Assembly (NCBI GenBank): GCA_963752285.1
Contig: CAVVXN010000005.1
Span: 1,216,001 to 1,280,000 of the forward strand
Length of the DNA stretch: 64,000 nucleotides
Direction: 5' to 3'
Source of the DNA: an uncultured Planctomycetota bacterium
GTDB taxonomy: Bacteria > Planctomycetota > PLA2 > JAEUHO01
Below the pieces are notes generated by a model, which did not search any database, was not told the origin of the DNA, and saw nothing but the letters and a program-made list of their open reading frames with translations. Position 1 is the stretch's first letter. Every line of letters begins with the position of its first letter. Positions 9,701-16,884 of the stretch are shown here, piece after piece. A program made the position numbers and the translations under genes.

Positions 9701-10529
9701 CAGCATGCTCGCCAACAAGGTGCTGGTCCTGGTGTTCAAGGACACCGCCGGCACCGAACAGAGGGTCTGGCGCTTTGCGATCCCGCTCCCCTCCGACGTC
9801 AAGGGCGTCCGGGACGCCGTCGCGAAGATCGACAACAAGCAGGCGAACCCCTACTACCCGAACTTCTCCGCGGGGCAGTCCCAGGAGGAGAGCCAGTGGA
9901 AGACCGCCGTGAGTCGCTTCAAGACCCGACTGACGGCGACGAACGACCGGGTGCTCGCCGGGTTCATCCCCCAGCCGGGGCAGACGCCGTTCGACCCCTC
10001 GCTCTATCGCTCTCTCGCCAACTCCGCTTCGGAGTTCCGCATGGCGCTCGCGTGGGCGCTCGCGAGGACGGGACGGAACGAGGACGTGCCGAAGGCCGTC
10101 AACCTCTTCAACACGTTCCTCAAGGCGCCCCTCGCGGCCGAGGAGGACAGCGAGGACTTCTGGCGCGCCAGCTACGGGTTGATGCGCGTCTACGTGGACT
10201 TTGCCGAGCGGGGCCTGGCGGCCGGCCAGCCGGGTCCGGAGGTCAAGGAAGCCCTGGACAGCGCCGGGAAACTGATCGTCCAGCGCCACGCCTTCTATCC
10301 GAGCTTCGGAGACTCGGTGCTGGACGACAGCTCCACCCGGTGGAAGGAGATGCTGACGCGTCTGAACGACCTTCGGCGCAAGGTCCGGCTCGACCCGGTC
10401 ACCCTCGTGAAGGCGGCCGCCCTGGACACCGCCCCCCCCAGCGACGGAGGCGAGAAGCCGTCCGGCGCGTCCGCCCCCGAGCCGGGTGCGTCCTCGACCG
10501 GCGAGACGCCCAGCGACGGGAACAAGTGA
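6723..10529 (+). CDS. Large secreted alpha-helical/TPR-like protein (~1268 aa) with central coiled coil
   Basis: GGAGG RBS before ATG 6723; signal peptide RRRISLALLLLLAGLPLLPARA; helical repeats (FGKELAKARYFDYAREVF, AQDFMARSKYPEAIRAY, SAYLDLGNVEKADTLY); heptad K/E/Q/L-rich segment at about 8930-9320. Confidence 0.75.
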   Translation: MTDPLSTAPRRGRRRISLALLLLLAGLPLLPARAGPDDFEFGKELAKARYFDYAREVFDSILSSSKSSDESKDEARYGIALLKREEAIAATARQDAKQEEIQSLFESAAQDIEQFVKKNPSNKNADAARLDVGQTRLAFVQWAREMLEDPGEIADRGYDADKLRAAAADSVKRAIEYFGGLKPADTASNPTPLQELANYYYVISQYYAALVEPPCSPSAVSSFTNASELLDNYIMLHEGQLLAVYAMDILGLVWWERARCEPNDEEKTKDYNQAYEWFEACINTPDDGPEYLQVIASGYYHLGEAGLDAGPRPRGPGGGNFARDALTELEKMNTQHPTVWRTDSGLRAMLEWAKLECQRGNARNAVAIANDAGARARQASKPFIERTANRQLTEFVSGGCGGSVTGLDPEVLGRVAQDFMARSKYPEAIRAYRGVIASTPNTPEAFVAYRWDAWLEIARAYLKMDDSLGYALALEAIHEAWIDRRIPHDPESGPAYPNEEKAAGARKRSAQAMDQIAQATGSVTFQNEAKAMLESLGPSYPHSGIVDTVNWNLGLQKFTAAQQMKNGGQTGWEKPLDEARQRFRAVAVDDKSEHQDEAWVMLVRVESLADMYEDEIKIAEEAEAFWETPGHKAQEDRFPTIRARREKARSEVTYFRGDALSKLKRPEEVVKTLDGYLERYPTAARPFPSTYVLSTLISAYLDLGNVEKADTLYRTLLRRDPDFPYLSGVTFKFADRYNEARKKIETDLRDVKVQLNKLGPKLRGEVQTVQTLSLNIADVRNRVTKLENALALHKHNKELEKRGEQITQGVSPELLTAALEEEKTQAQHKELESLKVQVQKATEQRDADQKSIDELGTRRHDLEQQIYEPLTKAAGYYKAWDDTLKTLKADRDPDNLAVFGYMFYTAAKLRPAVADNWVNARAFYEDYLASPKIKAKPGTDDDKRAAEARLGDILVNLAESETNATKRQQDVTRAVDLLQGSIANAPEDNDLVVSMLANKVLVLVFKDTAGTEQRVWRFAIPLPSDVKGVRDAVAKIDNKQANPYYPNFSAGQSQEESQWKTAVSRFKTRLTATNDRVLAGFIPQPGQTPFDPSLYRSLANSASEFRMALAWALARTGRNEDVPKAVNLFNTFLKAPLAAEEDSEDFWRASYGLMRVYVDFAERGLAAGQPGPEVKEALDSAGKLIVQRHAFYPSFGDSVLDDSSTRWKEMLTRLNDLRRKVRLDPVTLVKAAALDTAPPSDGGEKPSGASAPEPGASSTGETPSDGNK

Positions 10530-10551
10530 CGGACCCTTGGAGCAGCCTCAA

Positions 10552-11901
10552 ATGACCCGCCTCGTCCTCTCGAGAGCCCTCCTCGGGGCCGGCCTCCTCG
10601 GCCTCTCGCTCGCGTCCGCCCGCCTCGCGCGCGCCGACGAGATCGTCTACCGGGACCCCGCGACCTGCGCCGAGAAGACGGCGAAGGGCGTGGAGGTCAC
10701 GTCGGAGACGTGGACGGAGATCCGCTACAAGGAGAAGTCGCGCGGTCCGGAGCTGTCGGTGCCGACCTCGCTGGTCGTGGACATCCAGCACGCGGACACG
10801 TCGCCCCAGGTGCAGAGCCTCCTGTCGGCGATCGCCGACGTGGAGCGCGCGCCGACGATCGAGACGGTGAACACCCTTCACGCGCTGTCCGGAGGCGGCT
10901 TCGAGCAGGACCTGAGCACCGGCGCCATGGTCTACAAGCCGTTCGGGGAGTCGGAGGGTTCGAAGCACCGTCCGCCGTGGCCCACCGAGTACGCGCACTT
11001 CTACTACGCGAAGGCCCTGTACCTCGTCGGCACCAAGACGAAGGACCCCGAGCTCCTCAAGCAGGCCTACCTGGCCCTCGTGGACCAGAAGGTGAAGGGG
11101 GCGGGAGGCAAGGACGTCCAGACCGGCGGGTTCCTCACCCGCTTCGAGGGCGGGAACAGCCGGTGGTACGCGGAGGCGACGACGATCGCCGCCAAGTGTC
11201 TCATCGGCCTCCAGCGCTACGACGAGGCGACGGCCCTCTTCAAGCAGCTCGAGGACAAGACCCTCGCCCTCGACATCGGCCCGGAGTGGGCCTACGAGGC
11301 GAAGATCGGACCGGCCGAGATCGCCGAGGCGCAGGGGAACGCCCAGAGCGCCATCAACGCCGCCATCGCGGCGACCAACTTCATGCAGCTCATGCTCAAG
11401 AACGAGGTGCGCGAGTGCGTGCGGCGCGAGCTGGGTCGGTACTACAGCCGGGCGCGCATGCGCGCCGCGTCGGTCATGCTCCGCGAGGCGGAGCGCAACA
11501 AGAACCCCTCGCAGTTCGCCGACCTGAGGAACTTCATCCAGGAGAGCACGCCCGAGGCGCTGCGCAAGCAGTTCTCCACCTTCACCCCCGAACAGATCGA
11601 CGCCATCGTCCAGGGCGCCATGGACCCCTACGTCCAGGCCGTGCTGAAGAACGGGCTCGGCTTCGCCTACCTCTCCGAGAAGCGGTACGACGACGCCGTC
11701 CTCGCGTTCCGGGCGGTGGCCGTGAAGTACTTCGAGGAGCCGGAGGAGCACGCCCGGGCGCTCCACTACCTGGCCCAGGCCGCCGACGAGGCCGCGAAGG
11801 CGGCCACCCGACCGGAGGCCAAGAAGCTCTACGAGGCGTGGCGGGACGCGGCGCGGGAGAGCCTCCGGAAGGAGCATCCCGGCTCCCCGTGGGTGAAATG
11901 A
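10552..11901 (+). CDS. Secreted TPR-like protein (~449 aa)
   Basis: Signal peptide ...GLSLASARLARA|DEIVY; TPR-like LGFAYLSEKRYDDAVLAF, ARALHYLAQAA; C-terminus LRKEHPGSPWVK resembles CpoB/YbgF-type TPR ends. Confidence 0.75.
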   Translation: MTRLVLSRALLGAGLLGLSLASARLARADEIVYRDPATCAEKTAKGVEVTSETWTEIRYKEKSRGPELSVPTSLVVDIQHADTSPQVQSLLSAIADVERAPTIETVNTLHALSGGGFEQDLSTGAMVYKPFGESEGSKHRPPWPTEYAHFYYAKALYLVGTKTKDPELLKQAYLALVDQKVKGAGGKDVQTGGFLTRFEGGNSRWYAEATTIAAKCLIGLQRYDEATALFKQLEDKTLALDIGPEWAYEAKIGPAEIAEAQGNAQSAINAAIAATNFMQLMLKNEVRECVRRELGRYYSRARMRAASVMLREAERNKNPSQFADLRNFIQESTPEALRKQFSTFTPEQIDAIVQGAMDPYVQAVLKNGLGFAYLSEKRYDDAVLAFRAVAVKYFEEPEEHARALHYLAQAADEAAKAATRPEAKKLYEAWRDAARESLRKEHPGSPWVK

Positions 11902-12059
11902 GGCCGATGCGCCGGCGCCCCACCCCCCACCGTCCCGAAGCCCCGGAACATGTGGCACCGGACTCCGTCCGGCGGTACCCTTCCCGACTCGAAAACCAGC
12001 CCGTCCGAGCCCAGTCGCGGGAGGCCGGCGGGTTCCTTCTCTAGGAGCGGTCGCGCATC

Positions 12060-12767
12060 ATGACCAAGTCGCGCATCTTCACCCTCGCCTTGCTCGCGCT
12101 GGGGGGCGCCCTACTCCTCGCTTCACCGGCCCTGGCGCAGGAGGAGGAGAGCAGGAACGCCTTCTCTCACATCATCCAAGACGGCGGCCCCATCGGGATC
12201 GTCATCATCGTCCTCTCGGTCGCGACGCTCGCCCTGGTGATCGAGTACGGCGTCAACGTGCGCCGCGACAAGATCTGCCCCCCCGAGCTCGTGGACGAGC
12301 TCGAGGCGCTCCTCGAGGAGGAGGAGTACCAGGAGGCGCTCGAGCTCTGCGAGTCGGAGCCCAACTTCCTGACCAACTCCCTCGCCGCCGGCCTGCCCCG
12401 ACTGAACGAGGGGTACGCCAAGATGAAGGAGGCCATGGAGGCGCAAGCCGGGATCGAGGCGGTGAAGCTCCAGCAGAAGGTGGGCTGGATGCTCTTCCTC
12501 TCGAACGTGGCCCCCATGCTCGGCCTCTTCGGGACCGTGACCGGTATGATCTCGGCGTTCGACAAGATCGTCTCCCTCGGCGCGAAGGTCACGCCGAAGG
12601 ATCTCGCGGGCGGCATCTCGGCCGCGTTGATCACGACGTTCCTCGGTCTTCTCGTCGCGATCCCCGCCCTCTTTGCCTACCAGTACTTCCGCAACAAGGC
12701 GACCCGCATCTCGATCGACTTCGCGGGGATCCTGGAGGACATGACGGAACGATTCCGAAACCGCTAG
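12060..12767 (+). CDS. exbB: MotA/TolQ/ExbB proton-channel family protein
   Basis: SNVAPMLGLFGTVTGMISAF, LAGGISAALITTFLGLLVAIPA; cleavable-looking N-terminal signal. Confidence 0.93.
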   Translation: MTKSRIFTLALLALGGALLLASPALAQEEESRNAFSHIIQDGGPIGIVIIVLSVATLALVIEYGVNVRRDKICPPELVDELEALLEEEEYQEALELCESEPNFLTNSLAAGLPRLNEGYAKMKEAMEAQAGIEAVKLQQKVGWMLFLSNVAPMLGLFGTVTGMISAFDKIVSLGAKVTPKDLAGGISAALITTFLGLLVAIPALFAYQYFRNKATRISIDFAGILEDMTERFRNR

Positions 12768-12839
12768 CCGAACGCGGCCGCGGGTCCCGACCCCGATTCA
12801 CGTGCGCTGCTCGTCCGACCCGATGACCGGAGCCCCCCC

Positions 12840-13346
12840 ATGGCCTGGAAACGCCCGCGCGATGAGGACACCAAGCCCAACCTCACGCCGATGATCGACA
12901 TGACCTTCCTCCTGGTCGTGTTCTTCATGATCGCGATCGACCTGTCCCAGAAGGAGTTCCAGCCGGTCGAGCTGCCCTACGCCAAGAACGCGATACCGGA
13001 CAAGGAAGACCCCGACGTCAAGCGGCTCGTCATCAACCTGCTCGAGAGCGGCGACATCGTGTTCAAGAACTACGTCGGCAAGCTCGCCACGGGCTCGCCG
13101 GCGGAGCAGGCGGACGCGCTCGTCAATCTGAAGAAAGAGCTCGAGATCCTGACCGCCGACATCAAGCTGAAGGAGCCGGACGGCGCCAGCAAGGTCCCGG
13201 TGATGATCCACGGCGACCGCTCCGCGCGCTGGCAGTTCGTACAGTGGATCATGCAGGTGTGTGCCGATCCCCGCGTGCAGATCTACAAGATCCAGTTCGC
13301 GGTGAAGGGCCCGACGCCGAAGGAGAAGGCGGAGGGAGGGGGCTAG
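12840..13346 (+). CDS. exbD: ExbD/TolR family protein 1
   Basis: NLTPMIDMTFLLVVFFM (conserved TM Asp); VMIHGDRSARWQFV. Confidence 0.9.
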   Translation: MAWKRPRDEDTKPNLTPMIDMTFLLVVFFMIAIDLSQKEFQPVELPYAKNAIPDKEDPDVKRLVINLLESGDIVFKNYVGKLATGSPAEQADALVNLKKELEILTADIKLKEPDGASKVPVMIHGDRSARWQFVQWIMQVCADPRVQIYKIQFAVKGPTPKEKAEGGG

Positions 13347-13461
13347 TGCGTCGCCCCCCCACCCCGCGCGGTGGTCTCGATTCCGGGCCGGGCTCCTCGC
13401 AGCCGGCCGTACGTGCCCGTCCGCGCCGCGCCGGCGGCGCCCCGTTCCGCTGGAGTCTCCG

Positions 13462-14037
13462 ATGGCGATGAAGATCCCCGAGTCCGACGAGACGGAAATG
13501 AACATGACGCCGATGATCGACGTCGTGTTCCAGCTGATCGTGTTCTTCATGCTCGTGCTCAAGTTCAAGAGCGTGGACCTGAGGATCCAGAGCGAGCTCC
13601 CGAAGAACAAGGGCATCCAGGCCACGAACCAGTTCGTGGACGAGAAGCCGATGATCACGGTGAAGCTCTTCAACCACGACACCGAGACGGACCACGCGTA
13701 CACGAAGATCCGCATCGGGAACAACTACGAGGTCAACCTGCCGAAGGGCAAGTGGTCGGGCATCGGCCAGGAAGACGAGAGACGCCTGGAGGAATACAAG
13801 CAGGCGAAGCAGCAGGTCGTTGCCGCGATCAAGGGGATGTGGACCCAGCTCGGTCAGAAGGACGAGACCCAGGGCGAGATCAAGACCCCGCCCCCCTTCG
13901 GACAGGGCGTGCCGAACGGCGACGTGATCATGGTGCTCGACGCGTTCCTCGAGGCCGGAGTGAAGAGCGTCGAGTTCGAGGGCGCGATGCCCCCGAACTT
14001 CCACGCCGGCCAGGGCGGCGTGATCGAGCGCAACTGA
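13462..14037 (+). CDS. exbD: ExbD/TolR family protein 2
   Basis: NMTPMIDVVFQLIVFFM; VPNGDVIMVLDAFLEAGV. Confidence 0.88.
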   Translation: MAMKIPESDETEMNMTPMIDVVFQLIVFFMLVLKFKSVDLRIQSELPKNKGIQATNQFVDEKPMITVKLFNHDTETDHAYTKIRIGNNYEVNLPKGKWSGIGQEDERRLEEYKQAKQQVVAAIKGMWTQLGQKDETQGEIKTPPPFGQGVPNGDVIMVLDAFLEAGVKSVEFEGAMPPNFHAGQGGVIERN

Positions 14038-14090
14038 GCGGTCGGGCCGCCTGACGGCCCGCGGCGGGGGCGCGACGTGCGTGCGCCTTC

Positions 14091-14129
14091 GTCGTCGGCT
14101 CCGTCCTCCGGACGGGGCCTCCCGACGAC
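14091..14129. terminator. GC-rich hairpin between exbD2 and exbD3
   Basis: gtcgtcgg/ccgacgac outer stem enclosing gctccgtcc-tcc-ggacggggc; small hairpin gggccg-cctga-cggccc at 14044-14060; no U-tract. Confidence 0.35.
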
Positions 14130-14198
14130 CGGCGCGTCGCGCCGGTGGGATCCGACCCGGAGAGCGACCCGGCGCGCGTCGGGCCGGGAGGTCGGACC

Positions 14199-14729
14199 AT
14201 GACCGCCTCACGCTTCGAGGAAGAGAACGCGAATCCCGGGGACTTCCTCACCCCGATGATCGACGTCGTCTTCCAGCTGATCGTCTTCTTCCTCTTCACG
14301 CTCCGGTTCCGCTCGCTCGACCGTCGCATCGAGAGCGAGCTGCCGCGCGACGGTCCGTGCCCGTCGCCGGTCTTCGTGAACGAGCCCCCGACGGTGAAGG
14401 TGGCCTGCTTCCGCGTGGACCCCGCCGGACCGCGACCCTTCACGCGCCTCCGCCTCGGCGCGCGGACCGTGGACCTGCCCCCCGTCCCCGAGTTCGATCG
14501 CGGCGCCCGGGCGGACGTCGTCCAGGCGGTTCGTGACCTGGAGGCGCGACTCGGCGATCCGCCGGCCGTGAAGGGCGAGATCCGGACCCCGCCGCCGTTC
14601 GGGCCGGCCGTGCCGCACGGCGACGTCGTCTTCGTGCTCGACGCGCTGCTCGAGGCCGGGATCGCGGACGTGACCTTCGAGGGATCCCCCTTGCCCCTGC
14701 CCGCTCCGCCGCCGCCCGCCCGGAGGTGA
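14199..14729 (+). CDS. exbD: ExbD/TolR family protein 3 (close paralog of ExbD2)
   Basis: GGAGG RBS; LTPMIDVVFQLIVFFLF; GEIRTPPPFGPAVPHGDVVFVLDALLEAGI. Confidence 0.85.
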   Translation: MTASRFEEENANPGDFLTPMIDVVFQLIVFFLFTLRFRSLDRRIESELPRDGPCPSPVFVNEPPTVKVACFRVDPAGPRPFTRLRLGARTVDLPPVPEFDRGARADVVQAVRDLEARLGDPPAVKGEIRTPPPFGPAVPHGDVVFVLDALLEAGIADVTFEGSPLPLPAPPPPARR

Positions 14730-16627
14730 GCGCCCTCCTTGCCTCGGGCCCCTCCCGGGGCGAGGCTCGGGGCCTCGTGCGAACCCGCGTCCTACTCGTC
14801 CTGGCGGTCGCCGCCGCGGCGGCCTCCCTCGTCCTCTGGCGACCGTGGGCCCGATCGCGGGCCCCCGGCGTCCGGACCCTCGTGCTGGTCACGCTCGACA
14901 CGACGCGCCGAGACCACGTGGGCACGTACGCCCCGACCGACCGGGCGACGGGCGTTCCGGACGCCTCGACGCCGAACCTCGACCGTCTCGCCGCCTCGGG
15001 CGTTCGCTTCGACGACGCGATGACGCCGGTCCCGCTGACCCTCCCCGCGCACACCGCGATGCTCTCGGGTCTGCCGCCCGCCGCGACCGGGGTCCGCGTG
15101 AACGCGTACGGCCGGATCCCCGACGCCTCGGTCCGCGGCTTCGCGCTCCTTCCCGAGTCGCTCGCGGCCGCGGGCTGGAAGACGGGCGCGTTCGTCTCGG
15201 CCAGCCCACTCGCCCGCCGCTACGGCCTCGACCACGGGTTCGGGACCTACGACGACGGCGATCTCGAGGACCCGCACGGCCTCGAGTGCGCGGAACGGGC
15301 GGGCGCCGTAACCGTGGACCGCGCGCTCGCCTGGCTCGCCCTGCGCACCGGGACGGAGCGCGTGTTCCTCTGGGTGCACCTCTTCGAGCCGCACGCGCCG
15401 TACGCGCCCGAGGCGCCGGCGGGCCTCCCCGCGGACACGCGCTACCGCCTCGACGTCGCCCGGGCGGACGCGGCGGTCGGCCGTCTCCTCGAGGGTCTCG
15501 CGGCGCGGGGACGCGGCGACGCCGCGGTGCTGGTGGTCGCCGACCACGGCGAGGCGCTCGACGAGCTCGGCGAGAAGACCCACGGCATCCTGCTCGGAGA
15601 CGCCGTCCTCCGGGTGCCGATGCTCCTCCGCGCCCCGGGGCTCCTACCGGGCGTTCGGACCGACCCCGCCGACCTCGCGGACGTGGCCCCGACGCTCGCG
15701 CACCTCGCGAACCTCCCGTGGGACCCGCACGCCGAGGTCGTCGGTCACGGCCAGGACCTCCTCCGCGCGCCGGCACCCGCCGACCGGGTCCGCGTGGCGG
15801 AGTCGCTGTACGCAAACCAGCTCCACGGGTGGGCCCAGCTCCTCGCCGCGACGGGCCCGGACGGCGGGACGCTCGTGGACGCGGGCGCCGACCGCCTCCG
15901 GTGGCTCGTCCGCGCCCCCTTCGGCGACCCGCAGGCCGCGCCCGGTCCCCCGGGCCACCCCGAGGGCCTCGCGCGTCTCGGCGACGCCCTTCGCCGCTAC
16001 CGGCAGGGCGAACGCGCGGACCGGATCCAGGCCGGCGACGTTCCCTCGGGGTACAGCGCGGCGGCGCGGGTCGCGCCCTTCCTGGACCCGGTCGAGAACG
16101 CGCGACGACCCGACCCCTACGCCTCGATCGACCGGCACTTCCTGCTCGACCGCGAGAAGGAGCGGCTCCTCGCGGGGGCGTCCCCCACGGACGTGGTGAA
16201 CGCGCTCGAGCGGCTGGCCGGCCAGGACCCGCACGACATGGAGGTCCGGTTCTGGATCGGGAACGCCTGGGCCCGGGAGGCCGCCCGGCGCGACGGAAGC
16301 GGGGCCGGGCCGGCCGAGGTGCGCGAGGCCCTCGGGCAGGCGGAGGCGTCGTACGTCCGGGCGCTCGAGAACGGACGGCGCGACCCGACCACCCTCGTCC
16401 TCGCCGCGGGCACCAACGCCAGGGACCGCGAGGCGGAGATGCTCGACCGGCTCGACCGGTGGGCGCCGGAGGTCGAGCCGGACTACCGGGTCCCGGCGCT
16501 CCGCGCGCGCCTGCTCGAGAGCCTCGGCCGGACCGCCGACGCCGGGCGTGCCTGGGGGAAGGCGGAGACGCTCACCCGCTCCCCTTCCGAGCGACGCGCG
16601 CTCGAGCGACTCCGCCATCCCCGTTGA
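14726..16627 (+). CDS. Sulfatase-like/alkaline-phosphatase-superfamily hydrolase with C-terminal TPR-like region
   Basis: LVLVTLDTTRRDH, TPNLDRLA, PLTLPAHTAMLSG, WVHLFEPHAPY, VADHGE; N-terminal TM anchor; start may instead be GTG 14777. Confidence 0.85.
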   Translation: MSALLASGPSRGEARGLVRTRVLLVLAVAAAAASLVLWRPWARSRAPGVRTLVLVTLDTTRRDHVGTYAPTDRATGVPDASTPNLDRLAASGVRFDDAMTPVPLTLPAHTAMLSGLPPAATGVRVNAYGRIPDASVRGFALLPESLAAAGWKTGAFVSASPLARRYGLDHGFGTYDDGDLEDPHGLECAERAGAVTVDRALAWLALRTGTERVFLWVHLFEPHAPYAPEAPAGLPADTRYRLDVARADAAVGRLLEGLAARGRGDAAVLVVADHGEALDELGEKTHGILLGDAVLRVPMLLRAPGLLPGVRTDPADLADVAPTLAHLANLPWDPHAEVVGHGQDLLRAPAPADRVRVAESLYANQLHGWAQLLAATGPDGGTLVDAGADRLRWLVRAPFGDPQAAPGPPGHPEGLARLGDALRRYRQGERADRIQAGDVPSGYSAAARVAPFLDPVENARRPDPYASIDRHFLLDREKERLLAGASPTDVVNALERLAGQDPHDMEVRFWIGNAWAREAARRDGSGAGPAEVREALGQAEASYVRALENGRRDPTTLVLAAGTNARDREAEMLDRLDRWAPEVEPDYRVPALRARLLESLGRTADAGRAWGKAETLTRSPSERRALERLRHPR

Positions 16628-16884
16628 CGCGGCGGTGACACTCCCGGCCCCGCGAACGCGCCGCGGAGCCTCGATTCGCCCGAAGTCGTTTTCAGGCCGG
16701 GACGTATGACCAAGCCATGACCGCTCTCGGGTGATCTACGCCGGTCCAGGGAGGAGGTTCTCGGCGTCGGCGAGTGGCGGGCGAGGGCCCGCGGTCGCGC
16801 CGTCGTCCGGTCCTCGCGACGAGGATCTCGTCCTCGCGCCAGGAGACCACCTCCCGCAGAGGCTTTGCAGAGCAGGAGATCGGC

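Noticed and set aside
11953..11983. TGGCAC upstream of exbB as a sigma54 promoter
   Set aside because: No TTGC at the -12 position; at most a weak sigma70-like TGGCAC-17-TACCCT.
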